Positions 38,667 through 49,000 of a DNA stretch of 64,000 bases are shown here, one piece after another (the stretch's first letter is position 1; every line of letters begins with the position of its first letter). The stretch is from an uncultured Desulfobacteraceae bacterium (GTDB taxonomy: Bacteria; Desulfobacterota; Desulfobacteria; Desulfobacterales; UBA5852). Location: NCBI GenBank assembly GCA_942491115.1, contig CALNZV010000020.1, positions 1,149,107 to 1,213,106 of the forward strand. Reading direction: 5' to 3'. The translations under genes were made by a program, and so were the position numbers. A model generated the notes under the pieces. That model made no database searches. It saw nothing but the letters and a program-made list of their open reading frames with translations, and was not told the origin of the DNA.

Positions 38667-38932
38667 CCCAATCCCCCTGTTCGCCTGGATCTGTTATCAA
38701 ACCACCTCTCTCCCCCAAGATAGGTGCATGATAGGTGAATCGCCACCCACAATCAAGGCCGATCCCCGGAATGGTCCAGCCCTTTGATCTTCCCGACGCT
38801 CATGGTATATGCCATCTGAGGCCATCAACCCACCGGGGGAAGGCCTTCGAGAACGCCGTTGCTGCCCGTTCTGCAAGAACCGGACCGGTCGGGGTCGGGG
38901 CCTGTCGGACAATGGCGGGCGCAGGAGACCCT

Positions 38933-39469
38933 ATGGACACATTGATGAATGCCGACGCCATCGGCCAGGCATTGGATCGCATTGCCCTTGAGATCATGGC
39001 CGCCCATGCCGACATTGGGAAGCTGATGCTGATCGGCATCAAGACCCGGGGGGTGCCGATCGCCCGACGCCTTCAGGATCGGCTGCGCCGGCTGGCCGGG
39101 ACCGCCGTCGCCACCGGCAGCATGGATATCACCCTGTATCGAGACGACTGGACGCGTATCGCAGAGCATCCGGTGGTCGATGCCACCCATGTCCTGTTTT
39201 CCGTCGATGGAAAAGAGCTGATCCTGGTGGACGATGTGCTGTTTACCGGCCGTACCGTGCGGGCGGCCATTGATGCGATTATGGATTTCGGTCGCCCGGA
39301 CCGGGTCGAACTGGCGGTGGTGATTGATCGAGGCCATCGGGAGTTGCCGATCCAGCCCGACTATGTGGGGATGACCGCAGCCTCTCTGCCTGAGGAGACC
39401 GTGAACGTGCTCCTGGTCGAGCAAGACGGTGTTGACCGGGTGGATATCCTGAGAGCCCGGGAGCGCTGA
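38933..39469 (+). CDS. pyrR: bifunctional pyrimidine operon regulator / uracil phosphoribosyltransferase
   Basis: AGGAG RBS 5 nt before the ATG at 38933 (alternative ATG at 38912). PRPP motif LILVDDVLFTGRTVRAA, then VIDRGHRELPIQPDYVG. Confidence 0.85.
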   Translation: MDTLMNADAIGQALDRIALEIMAAHADIGKLMLIGIKTRGVPIARRLQDRLRRLAGTAVATGSMDITLYRDDWTRIAEHPVVDATHVLFSVDGKELILVDDVLFTGRTVRAAIDAIMDFGRPDRVELAVVIDRGHRELPIQPDYVGMTAASLPEETVNVLLVEQDGVDRVDILRARER

Positions 39470-39533
39470 TCCGGTTTTCGGAGCAACTTCGGCCCCGGTA
39501 GGGGGGACTTTCCGTCAAACAGGAGAAGAATTC

Positions 39534-40040
39534 ATGGGAACCCATCAGCACAAATCGGAAGCGCCCCGCTCCCTCGATATCGGCATCCTAACGGTCTCAA
39601 CGACCCGGGGGGCCGACGAGGATCTGAGCGGCCACTGGATGAAAAAGCAAGCCGCGCGTGAAGGACATCGGGTGGCCGACTACCGGATTGTCAAAGACGA
39701 TCTCCAGGCCATCCGGGCGGCCGTGGATGAGCTGACCCGAACCGCGGGCCTTCGGGCCATATTGGTGAACGGCGGCACGGGAATCAGCTCCGCCGACGTC
39801 ACTATCGAGGCTTTGAGACCATTGTTTCAAAAGGAGATGACGGCATTCGGGATTCTATTTGCCCAGCTGAGTTTCGAGGAGATCGATTCGGCGGCCATTC
39901 TCTCCCGAGCGGCCGCGGGGATCATCGGTTCGACCGCGGTTTTCTGCATGCCCGGCAGCCTTGCCGCCTGCAAACTGGCCTGTAAAAGCCTGGTGTTTCC
40001 CGAACTGGGCCACGTGGCCAAACACCTTCTGACCGGATAG
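39534..40040 (+). CDS. moaB: MoaB/MogA-family molybdenum cofactor biosynthesis protein
   Basis: 168 aa. GILTVSTTRG...ILVNGGTGISSADVTIEAL...GS.AVFCMPGS are typical MoaB blocks. Confidence 0.85.
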   Translation: MGTHQHKSEAPRSLDIGILTVSTTRGADEDLSGHWMKKQAAREGHRVADYRIVKDDLQAIRAAVDELTRTAGLRAILVNGGTGISSADVTIEALRPLFQKEMTAFGILFAQLSFEEIDSAAILSRAAAGIIGSTAVFCMPGSLAACKLACKSLVFPELGHVAKHLLTG

Positions 40041-40230
40041 ACGGCCCCGAATCGCCGAGGGTCGACGTCACTCCCCCACACCCTATCCGTTGCGGCTCAT
40101 GCACAAGTGGCCCTTGGCCGGCGACGCCATCGCGCTCGGGCGGTGGTTCAGAATAGAAAGGTCACGTGGGCGTCAGGGCAGAAACCGATGGGTCGATTTC
40201 CCGGTCGACAGACACCTCACACCGGATTTC

Positions 40231-42483
40231 TCAATACCCAACCATGAGGTTGATTCGAGAGGTCAGGTCTGTGGGCGCGTTCAACGGTTGTCCGTCGATG
40301 TCCAACACCGGCACCGTCCCCATCAGGGAATTGGTGAGAATCACCTGGTCGGCGGCAATCAGGTCTTCCGGCATGATCGTCCGCCGTCGGACGCCGTAGC
40401 CCTCCCTGACCAATCGCTTCACGACCACCGATGCCATGACGCCCGGCAGCGCGTGGGGCGACAGGGGAACCACCAAATCCTTTCCAAACAGCAGCAGCAG
40501 ATTGGCCGTATTGGTTTCCGAAACCGTGCCGTCCGGATTGAGGATGAGGGCTTCGTCGGCGCCTTCGCCCGAGGCCCACTGACCGGCCCTGAGGTAGTAG
40601 AGGTAATTCAAGGTTTTCCAGGAGGCCAGGGGACTCTGGCGCGGCTCCGGATAGGTGGCCAGGAAGAGGCCCGGCCGCTTGAGCTTTTCCAAGCGGTGTC
40701 GATAGGGTTTTGCGGTCACGAAAAGGCCGGGTGCCGTTTGGTGCCCGCTGGGGTTGCCTCGCGTGGCAGTGAGCCGGACGGCTGACAGTCCCTCCCCGAG
40801 CTGGTTGCGGTCGATGACCTGCTCGATGACGGCAGGCCAAGTGATATCCGGAAAGCGTTCCGAGGCAAAGAGAGTCTCCCAGGTCAGCCGGAACCGTTTT
40901 AAATGGGCATCAAGATGGAGAGGGCGCCCCCGGTCCACCCGAAGGGTTTCAAAAAAACCGTTACCGTACAGCACACCCTGGTCCGAGATCGATATGGCAG
41001 CCTGCTCCACCGGTGTTAGCCGCCCATTGATCCAGACAACGGGGGATGATGGACGGTCTCGGGCTTCCTTGTCATTGAAGATACCCATCAGGGTCTTTCC
41101 TTTGTGAAGGGTTTCTTCGTATTCGTCCGCCGGGCAGGAATCGAACACGATGCCGCCTCCCACGGAGAAACACAGGCGCTCCTTATAGATGGTGGCGGTC
41201 CGGATGGCGATGGACAAATCGAGGGTGTCATGAAAACTGAAGTAGCCGATGGATCCGGTGTAGAGGTGCCGGCGGTCCGGCTCGAGTTCGTCGATGATCT
41301 CCATTGAGCGGATCTTAGGACACCCGGTAATGGATCCCCCCGGGAAGGTCGCCTTCAGAAGGTCCACCGAATCGGCATCGGCATTCAGGCGGCCCTCCAC
41401 GATGGACACCAGGTGGTAGACATTGTCGTAGGCCTCAACCTTTTTGTGGCGGGCGACGTGCACCGATCCGGCCTCGCATACCTTTCCGATGTCGTTGCGG
41501 AGCAAATCCACGATCATAGAAAGCTCCGCGTCATCCTTAGGGCTTTCCGTCAGGCGTTCTCGCATGGCGAGATCCGCCCTCTCCGTCTTTCCCCGGGGGC
41601 GGGTGCCCTTGATCGGCCGGGTCTCGATGCGCTGGCCGCGGCGACACAGAAATCGTTCCGGAGAGGTGGAAACGATCTGATGGCAGCCGGCGTTGACGAA
41701 GGCAAAAAAAGGTGCCGGATTGCGACGGTAAAGGGCCTTGAACAGGGCAAAGGGGTCACCTGAGAATCCGGTTTCGAATCGTTGGGAGACATTGACCTGA
41801 TAGACGTGGCCATCGGCAATGTATTCCCGGATGCGTTCGACAGCCTCCAGGTAGTCCGGGCGGGAGAAGTTGGATTGAATGGACTCGCCCCGGCAGCTGA
41901 AATCCTCTGGGGGGACGGGAACGTTGCGGAGCCGCTCGAAAAGCCACTGTTTTCGATGGTCGGCTTCCGACAGGTTGCCTGCCTCGGGAAGCGACAGCCA
42001 GGAGTGGCCGGTTTCACGATCGTTGACGAGGATGATCGACGGGGCGTACAGGCAAAGGTGGGGAAGTCCCCACCGGTCCACGGAGGTGCGAGGCAGGGTT
42101 TCGATCAGATCCTTCAGGTCATAGGAGAGATAGCCCATCAGGCCGGCCGATAAGGGCTGTCCCTCAGAAAGGGGGGGAGGGGCCTGAAAATGGCTCAACA
42201 CCGACCGAAGGGCTTCGAAGGGGTCGGCCTCGGTCTCGATGATTCGGTTTCCGGTATCGAGTCGAACACGTCGCTCCCACGCCTTGAGGGTCAGCCATGG
42301 CTTCAACCCAAGGATATCGTAGCGAGCACAGTCATGATCTCCTCCGCTCAATAGGTAAACGGTTCCCTCGGTGTGGGCCAGCCGATGGGCGGCATCGGTC
42401 AATTCCATCGGCAGGATCAGGGATTCTGTGCGGACGTTGCGGACGGGAGGCAGCATCGAAATGAACCGTGACAGAGCCCCCAT
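40231..42483 (-). CDS. pabB: fused aminodeoxychorismate synthase component I / aminodeoxychorismate lyase (PabB-PabC)
   Basis: 750 aa. The N-terminal ~460 aa is a chorismate-binding enzyme (FPGGSITGCPKIRSMEIIDELE, YTGSIGYF). The C-terminal ~270 aa is a class IV aminotransferase fold (GVLYGNGFFETLR...LNGTVSETNTANLLL). Confidence 0.8.
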   Translation of the reverse strand: MGALSRFISMLPPVRNVRTESLILPMELTDAAHRLAHTEGTVYLLSGGDHDCARYDILGLKPWLTLKAWERRVRLDTGNRIIETEADPFEALRSVLSHFQAPPPLSEGQPLSAGLMGYLSYDLKDLIETLPRTSVDRWGLPHLCLYAPSIILVNDRETGHSWLSLPEAGNLSEADHRKQWLFERLRNVPVPPEDFSCRGESIQSNFSRPDYLEAVERIREYIADGHVYQVNVSQRFETGFSGDPFALFKALYRRNPAPFFAFVNAGCHQIVSTSPERFLCRRGQRIETRPIKGTRPRGKTERADLAMRERLTESPKDDAELSMIVDLLRNDIGKVCEAGSVHVARHKKVEAYDNVYHLVSIVEGRLNADADSVDLLKATFPGGSITGCPKIRSMEIIDELEPDRRHLYTGSIGYFSFHDTLDLSIAIRTATIYKERLCFSVGGGIVFDSCPADEYEETLHKGKTLMGIFNDKEARDRPSSPVVWINGRLTPVEQAAISISDQGVLYGNGFFETLRVDRGRPLHLDAHLKRFRLTWETLFASERFPDITWPAVIEQVIDRNQLGEGLSAVRLTATRGNPSGHQTAPGLFVTAKPYRHRLEKLKRPGLFLATYPEPRQSPLASWKTLNYLYYLRAGQWASGEGADEALILNPDGTVSETNTANLLLLFGKDLVVPLSPHALPGVMASVVVKRLVREGYGVRRRTIMPEDLIAADQVILTNSLMGTVPVLDIDGQPLNAPTDLTSRINLMVGY

Positions 42484-42486
42484 GGG

Positions 42487-43086
42487 TTATACTCCAGCCC
42501 CGAGGGGGCCCAGTTGTAGAAAATTGTCGATGATCCGATGGCCGTTTTCCGTTAGAAAGCTTTCGGGGTGGAACTGAACCCCATGAAGGGGGAAGTCCCG
42601 ATGGGAGAGGCCCATCACCACCCCGTCACTGCTGCGGGCCGTTATTTCCATGGCATCGGAAACGTCGACGGCTGCGAGAGAATGATATCGGGCCGCCTTG
42701 AATGGACTGGGCACGCCGGCGAAGATCCCCGAAGCGGAGTGAGTGACGGCACTCGTTTTACCATGAACCGGAATCGGAGCCCTGACCGTCCGACCGCCGA
42801 ACGCCTCGTTCATGCACTGAAGCCCAAGACAGACCCCCATCACGGGTATCTGGCGGTGGAACGTCCGAATCAGAGGAATGGAAATGCCGGCGTGGCTGGG
42901 GTTTTTGGGGCCTGGGCTGATCAACAGGTAGTGGGGGAAATGGGCTTCCGCCTCCCCCAGGGTGAGGGCGTCGCTTCGGTAGACCCGGATGTCCAAGGGG
43001 TAGGCCATGAACATCTGGACCAAATTATAGGTAAAGGAATCGTAATTGTCGATGACCAGAAGTCGAAACACCCTAGCCTCCGCCAT
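42487..43086 (-). CDS. pabA: aminodeoxychorismate/anthranilate synthase component II (glutamine amidotransferase)
   Basis: VIDNYDSFTYNLV, nucleophile block GVCLGLQC, GVQFHPES. ATG at 43086 (the ORF track starts one codon earlier at a TTG). Confidence 0.85.
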   Translation of the reverse strand: MAEARVFRLLVIDNYDSFTYNLVQMFMAYPLDIRVYRSDALTLGEAEAHFPHYLLISPGPKNPSHAGISIPLIRTFHRQIPVMGVCLGLQCMNEAFGGRTVRAPIPVHGKTSAVTHSASGIFAGVPSPFKAARYHSLAAVDVSDAMEITARSSDGVVMGLSHRDFPLHGVQFHPESFLTENGHRIIDNFLQLGPLGAGV

Positions 43087-43109
43087 CAAGCCCTTGCTTC
43101 GGGGTGCCT

Positions 43110-43153
43110 AAAAAAAGCAGGCGTCACCCTTCTTGAGTCTGGGTGGCGCCTGC
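43110..43153 (-). terminator. intrinsic terminator inside the pabA 5' leader
   Basis: On the - strand: GCAGGCGCCACCC agactcaagaa GGGTGACGCCTGC (12 of 13 bp paired) followed by T7. The U-tract ends 23 nt upstream of the pabA ATG, on the same strand as pabA. Confidence 0.7.
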
Positions 43154-43404
43154 CTGACATAACTCAATATATCGATGACACAGATGGACTGCATCCACGT
43201 CGACGGTATTGTTGGATGGATGTAGCGCAATTTATTCACCGGGTCAAGACGGATGCCGGGCTGCTTGCAATACCCTGTCGAACGCCATATAAAGGCGCAA
43301 GTCTGCATCCGGGCGGTGATGATCCCCCATGGGGCTCTCAGCCCTGCCCCGAGACCATGTTCACGCTTTTTTGAAGCTCCGGAGCGAAAAGGATAGACAG
43401 GAGG

Positions 43405-44772
43405 ATGGGAAAATCCAGGCGCCGCCAACGCCGGCAGTCCCAAGACCGGTTCTTGATGGCTCTGGTAGCCAACCGTGACGGGGAAATTTACGAACTGGAG
43501 GGTTTCGCAGCCGTCGGCAGGGATGGACCCCTGATGGAACCGTTGTCTCTGGAGTCCACCATTCCCACACCCCATGGGTCGGAGATCATGTGGCTGCCGG
43601 ACCGTCGGCCCATCGTTTTTGATGTGGAGACCCGTCAATTCGTCGTATTGGAAGAAGACCCCTACCGTACCGGGTCGCCGGTCTATCCGGTTGCGGCGTT
43701 CAATTCTCCCGGATACGTGACGACCCATGTGTCGGCATACAGGGAGACGGGGGACGCTGCCGCGCTGCCGCTGTTTTCCTACGGAGCGGTCGGTTGGCGT
43801 GGTGACAGCTTCCGGTCGACCGTGATCCAGGTGGACCGGGAACCCCGACAGGATCTCCGATTCATGGATCCGTCCGATGTGGAAAAGGGGATCCGGCGGA
43901 TTCGTCGCGAACTGCCCGGCAATCGCCTTCGGGTCCATCTTGAAAAATGCGCCTTGACCTATGGTTGTCCGGCGGGGAAAAATTTCTTTCTGGGTCGCTA
44001 CGAAGCGCCCCTGCCAACCTCCAGAAGCTGCAATGCCCGGTGCCTGGGCTGCCTGTCCTTTCAGGAAAACAGCCTCATTCGGAGCAGCCAGGATCGAATC
44101 GATTTCACCCCGACACCCGATGAAATTGCCGGCGTGGCCCTGACTCACCTTCGGCGGGTCCCCGGCGGGGTGGTGAGTTTCGGCCAGGGATGCGAGGGAG
44201 ACCCCTTGCTGGCGGCCCATGTCATCGAACCCGCGATCCGCAGGATCCGATCGGTATGCCCTCGGGGAACCATCAATATGAACACTAACGCCAGCCGACC
44301 GGATGTGGTGGCATCATTGTTCGAGGCCGGGCTGGACAGCATGCGCGTCAGCCTGAACAGCATAAGAAAAGCCTGTTACGATGCGTATTTTCAGCCCAAC
44401 GGCTACGGTTTTACTGATGTGCTGGCCTCCATCGACCGGGCCATGGCTGCAGGCGGTGCGGTATCACTGAACTACCTCAATCAGCCGGGGGTCACGGACA
44501 CCCCGGAGGAGCGGGACGCCCTCTTTCGATTTCTGGATCGATACCCTGTGCACATGATTCAGTGGCGGAATCTCAACTACGATCCCGTCCGCTACCTGAA
44601 TGCCATGAAGACGGTGGCACCGTTGGGGACTCCGGTCGGTATGGCACGTCTTCTGAACGACATCCGGAAACGGTATCCGGGCCTTATTTTCGGTTATTTC
44701 AATCCGACCAGGGAAACCCTGGCATCGGTCCCCGGCGGGCAGTTGCCGCACCGGAACGATGAGGGGCGGTGA
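43405..44772 (+). CDS. radical SAM protein with an uncharacterised N-terminal domain
   Basis: 455 aa. CX3CX2C cluster motif SCNARCLGC about 210 aa from the N-terminus. Downstream blocks GQGCEGDPLL and NMNTNASRPD. Start uncertain (43405 or 43456). Confidence 0.75.
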   Translation: MGKSRRRQRRQSQDRFLMALVANRDGEIYELEGFAAVGRDGPLMEPLSLESTIPTPHGSEIMWLPDRRPIVFDVETRQFVVLEEDPYRTGSPVYPVAAFNSPGYVTTHVSAYRETGDAAALPLFSYGAVGWRGDSFRSTVIQVDREPRQDLRFMDPSDVEKGIRRIRRELPGNRLRVHLEKCALTYGCPAGKNFFLGRYEAPLPTSRSCNARCLGCLSFQENSLIRSSQDRIDFTPTPDEIAGVALTHLRRVPGGVVSFGQGCEGDPLLAAHVIEPAIRRIRSVCPRGTINMNTNASRPDVVASLFEAGLDSMRVSLNSIRKACYDAYFQPNGYGFTDVLASIDRAMAAGGAVSLNYLNQPGVTDTPEERDALFRFLDRYPVHMIQWRNLNYDPVRYLNAMKTVAPLGTPVGMARLLNDIRKRYPGLIFGYFNPTRETLASVPGGQLPHRNDEGR

Positions 44773-44807
44773 GCATCCCCACCCAAAGAAAGGCCGGTTG
44801 ACGACCG

Positions 44808-45728
44808 ATGACCTGGATCGAATGTAAAGTGACCTATGACAGCAGCCCGACAGTGGCTGCGGCGGAACTTATCGCTGATATTTTCTACCAGTTCGGGGTC
44901 AGGGGCGTGGTGATCGAAGACCCGGACGAGCCGGTTCCTGCCCACGATGCCGGGGTCGAGCTCAAGCCTCCGGAGGTTCATTCGGTTTCCGGATTCTTCC
45001 CCGGGGAATCGGACACGATCGCCGGGTTCGAAGCCGCCCTTCGACGACTTGCCGACAGGGCCGGCATACGGATTTCCCTCCGGTCCCGGTCGGTGGACGA
45101 GGAGGACTGGGCCAAGTCCTGGAAGGCCTTTTTTTTTCCTGAGAGGATCGGCTCCCGTCTGGTGGTCAAACCCAGTTGGAGGACGTTTGACGCTGCCGCC
45201 ACCGATCTCATTATCGACATCGATCCGGGAATGGCCTTCGGCACGGGAACCCACCCGACCACCCGCATGTGTCTTTGCCTGTTGGAACGCCATCTGAAGC
45301 CGGGCCAGCAGGTTCTCGACGTGGGAACCGGTTCCGGGATCCTGATGGTGGCGGCATTGCGCCTCGGCGCCGCCCGGGTGGACGGGGTCGATATCGACGA
45401 GACGGCTGTCGCCATCGCCAGGGAGAACCTGGACCGCAACGGGATATCGGAGGCGAGGTATCAACTGCAACGGGGCCCCCTGGCCGGCAGTGGTTTGGGC
45501 CCCTACGATATTGTCGTGGCCAATATTCTGGCGGAGGTGATCGTCGATATTATGGGGGATATCGGCTCGGTGGTCAGGGATGGGGGGCTTTTTATCGGAT
45601 CCGGCATCATTCCGGGCCGTCTCGACACCGTGACAACGGCGCTGACGGCGGCAGGATTTGTCGATCTGTCCACCGAAACCCAGGATCAGTGGGTGGCGGT
45701 TACCGCCAAACGCCATGGGGGGGGCTGA
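44808..45728 (+). CDS. prmA: ribosomal protein L11 methyltransferase
   Basis: 306 aa. SAM motif VLDVGTGSGILMVAALRLGA, FGTGTHPTT and DIVVANILA. Confidence 0.9.
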   Translation: MTWIECKVTYDSSPTVAAAELIADIFYQFGVRGVVIEDPDEPVPAHDAGVELKPPEVHSVSGFFPGESDTIAGFEAALRRLADRAGIRISLRSRSVDEEDWAKSWKAFFFPERIGSRLVVKPSWRTFDAAATDLIIDIDPGMAFGTGTHPTTRMCLCLLERHLKPGQQVLDVGTGSGILMVAALRLGAARVDGVDIDETAVAIARENLDRNGISEARYQLQRGPLAGSGLGPYDIVVANILAEVIVDIMGDIGSVVRDGGLFIGSGIIPGRLDTVTTALTAAGFVDLSTETQDQWVAVTAKRHGGG

Positions 45729-45788
45729 CCCACTAGTATCCGATTCCGACGCTTTCGTCACCGGCGCGATTTTACATAACGGGGGTCC

Positions 45789-46091
45789 GTGTTGTCGGGG
45801 ATACATGAAATACTGCTGATTGTTGCATTGATTCTGGCCATCTTCTTTTTGCCGCGTCTGCTGCCATCCCGAAAGGTCGTTCAAACACCTACCCACCGGC
45901 GCCGACCGATGCCTGGCAGCATGCGGCTGGCCATCGTGGTCAGCATCCTGTGGCCGGCAGCCATGGCCGCCTATCTTCAGCCCTGGCAAGGAGGTCTTTA
46001 CCGGTTTTTGTTCATCGGGCTTGGGCCAGTGGCCATCGGGTGGTCCCTGTGGTGGATCAAACGGGGTTTCCGGGAGTCCCGAAGATCTTAG
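45789..46091 (+). CDS. small hypothetical membrane protein
   Basis: 100 aa. GTG start after ACGGGGG. 3 hydrophobic segments. No recognisable family. Confidence 0.45.
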   Translation: MLSGIHEILLIVALILAIFFLPRLLPSRKVVQTPTHRRRPMPGSMRLAIVVSILWPAAMAAYLQPWQGGLYRFLFIGLGPVAIGWSLWWIKRGFRESRRS

Positions 46092-46094
46092 CGC

Positions 46095-49000
46095 CTAATC
46101 GGGATCGATCTTTCCCTCCAGATAGCGTTTCAGATAGCGCGCCGTATGGGACCGGCGGGTTTTTTCCAGCAACTGCTCCGGCGTTCCCCTGGCGACGATT
46201 CGTCCTCCTCCTCCACCTCCCTCAGGTCCGACATCAATGATATAGTCGGCGGCCCTGATGACGTCCATGTTGTGTTCGATCACCGCCACCGTGTTGTCTC
46301 GATCCACTAAATCCTGAAGAACCGTCAGCAATAGCTCCACATCGGAGCGATGCAGTCCGGTGGTGGGTTCATCCAGGACGAAAAAGGTATGTCCGGAACC
46401 GGGGGCTGCCAGTTCTCTCGCCAGCTTCATTCGTTGAGCTTCGCCCCCGGACAGGGTCGGACTGGGCTGACCGAGTTTGAGGTAGCCGAGACCGATATTG
46501 CAAACGAATTCGACGGAGCGTCGAATGGCGGGAACGGCGCTGAAAAACCTCAGGGCTTGGGCGAAGGACATGTTCAGAACGTCCGCGATGGTCTGGCCGC
46601 GGTAACTGACGGCAAGGGTGTCGGTATTGAATCGGCTGCCTCGACAGGCGTCACAGGGAACATAAACATCGGGCAAGAAGCTCATTTTGATCTTTGGGTG
46701 CCCCTGCCCTTTGCAGGCTTCGCATCGCCCGCCGTCGATATTGAAGGAAAAGCGACCGGGCTCATATCCCCTGGACTTTGCTTCCGGCGTCAGGGAAAAC
46801 AGCCGGCGGATGTCCGTCAGGAAGCCCACATAGGATGCCGGCACCGACCGGGGGGTTTTGCCGATGGGGCTGTGGTCGACTTCGACCATCCGCTGAATAG
46901 CCGTCCATCCGGTTACACCCTGACAAGGCCCGGCAGCGTCCGAACGTCCCAGGAGATGGTTTCGGACATTCTTGTAGAGGGTTTCCTTGAGAAGGGACGA
47001 TTTCCCCGAGCCGGATACCCCCGACAGGGCGATCAGGCATCCGAGGGGAAAGCCCACACTGATATTTTTTAGGTTATGGGTTCGGGCATTGTGGGTGGTC
47101 AGCATCTTTTTCCTGTTTATCGGCCGTTTTCTCGAGGTGATGTCTCGCCGGCCCGCTTCAAGGAAGGCCCCGGTGACCGACTCCGGTGTCTGCTTGAGGG
47201 TTGCCACCGAGCCCGTGGCCACCACTGTCCCTCCCAGTTCACCGGCCCCGGGGCCGAGGTCGATGACGACATCCGCAGCCCGGATGGTCTCTTCGTCGTG
47301 CTCGACGACGATCACGGTATTGCCCCGGTCCCGCAGATCGGTCAGGGCCTCCACGAGGACGGTGTTGTCCCGGGGGTGAAGCCCAATGGTTGGTTCGTCC
47401 AGAACATAGGTGACACCCCGCAGATTCGACCCCAGCTGGGCGGCCAGCCGAACCCGTTGGGCTTCTCCACCGGATAGGGTGTTGCCGCTTCGGGAAAGGG
47501 CCAGGTAGGAGAGCCCCAGTCGGTTGATCAGGGAAAGCCTGCCGGTGATTTCGGCGACGACCGGCATGGCGATGGGGGATTGATCCACGGGGAAGCTGAG
47601 CCGGTTGAGTGTTTTGTCGAGATCGGAGGGCGGCATCTGTACCAGGTCCCAAATGGACAGGCCATCGATTTTCACCCCTAATGCTTCCGGACGGAGCCGA
47701 CTGCCTCCGCAACCCGGGCATTCCCTGAATGCCTCTTCGGCCCCGTCGGTCACCTCACCAAGACCGTCGCACGTCCCACAGGCGCCGCGGCTGCTGTTGA
47801 AGGAAAACAGCCTCGGATCTTTCGCCGTCACGCCGATGCCGCAGGTTGGACACACCCCATGGCGGCTGAAGAGATGGTCCATTCCCCGGTGGCGGACGAT
47901 CATGCTCCCCTCCCCCTGGTCCAGGGCAAGGCGGACGGTGTCGTCGATGTTGCCGCTGTTCGACCGGCCGATCACAAGCTCCACGGTGTGTTCATGATAG
48001 CGGCTGAGACGCATCCCGCTTTCGATGGGCAGGATGTCTCCATCAATACGGGCTTCCCGGAATCCGTCCTTGAGTGCCTTTGAGAAGATATCCTTGTGAA
48101 ACCCTTTTCTTCCAGACACTTTGGGCGCCAGGAGGTGGCCCCGTTTAGAGCCGAACCGTTTTCGGATCTCTTCGACCAGAGCGTCTTCGGAACGGGCCGT
48201 CAGGGGGCGGTCGCATCCCAGACAATGCTGAACCCCCAGCTTGCTGTAGAGAAGTCGAAGAAAATGATAGATTTCGGTCAGAGTGGCCACCGTTGACCGG
48301 CGGCTCGAGTGGCTGACCCGCTGCTCGATGGCGACGGTCGGGGCGAGGCCGGTGACTAAATCCACATCGGGGCGCTCCAGTATTTTCATATACTGACGGA
48401 CGTAGGGGGCAAGACTTTCCAGGTATCGGCGTTGGCCTTCTGCAAAAACGATGTCGAAGGCCAGTGTCGATTTGCCGGAGCCTGACACACCGGTGAGAGC
48501 CACGAACCGCTGATGGGGGATGTCCAGGCTGATATTTTTAAGGTTGTGCTCCCGGGCGCCGTTGATGGAGATGACGGCGCCCGCCTTTCCGAAGTCTGCC
48601 GTTGTCTCCCGCACTTCTCCCGTGGTGGCCATGGTGAAGGGCTTTGGTTCCAGGTAGGACGACAGAAATGCGCCCGTGTGGGATTCGGGCGCCGTAACCA
48701 GAGCTTCGGGGGGCCCAACGGCGACGACAGTCCCCCCTTTGTTCCCCCCTTCCGGACCCAGATCGATGACCCAGTCCGCCGCCTTTATCACATCCATGTT
48801 GTGTTCGATGACGAAAACAGTGTCTCCGGCGTCCACGAGGGATTGCATGGCCTTCAGGAGGGTGGCGATGTCATCGAAATGGAGGCCGGTAGTGGGTTCG
48901 TCGAAGATGAGCAGCCGGGTTTTTCCGGGGGAACCCTTCTTTTCCGACAGAAACCGGGACAGTTTGAGCCGCTGGGCCTCCCCGCCGGAAAAGGTGTTGA

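Noticed and set aside
38735-38932. N-terminal extension of the pyrR ORF, and a possible PyrR box (GTCCAGCCCTTTGA) upstream of pyrR
   Set aside because: The extension has no PyrR homology, and a good AGGAG RBS precedes the internal ATG at 38933. The box matches only the first 6 nt of the UCCAGAGAGG consensus, and no terminator follows.
43108-44220. 370-aa ORF on the - strand
   Set aside because: Mostly antisense to the radical SAM gene. Arg/Pro/Gly-rich. Its 3' end merely runs through the pabA leader.
44694-45989. 431-aa ORF on the - strand
   Set aside because: Antisense to prmA and the small membrane protein gene. Low-complexity Arg/Gly/Pro/His composition.
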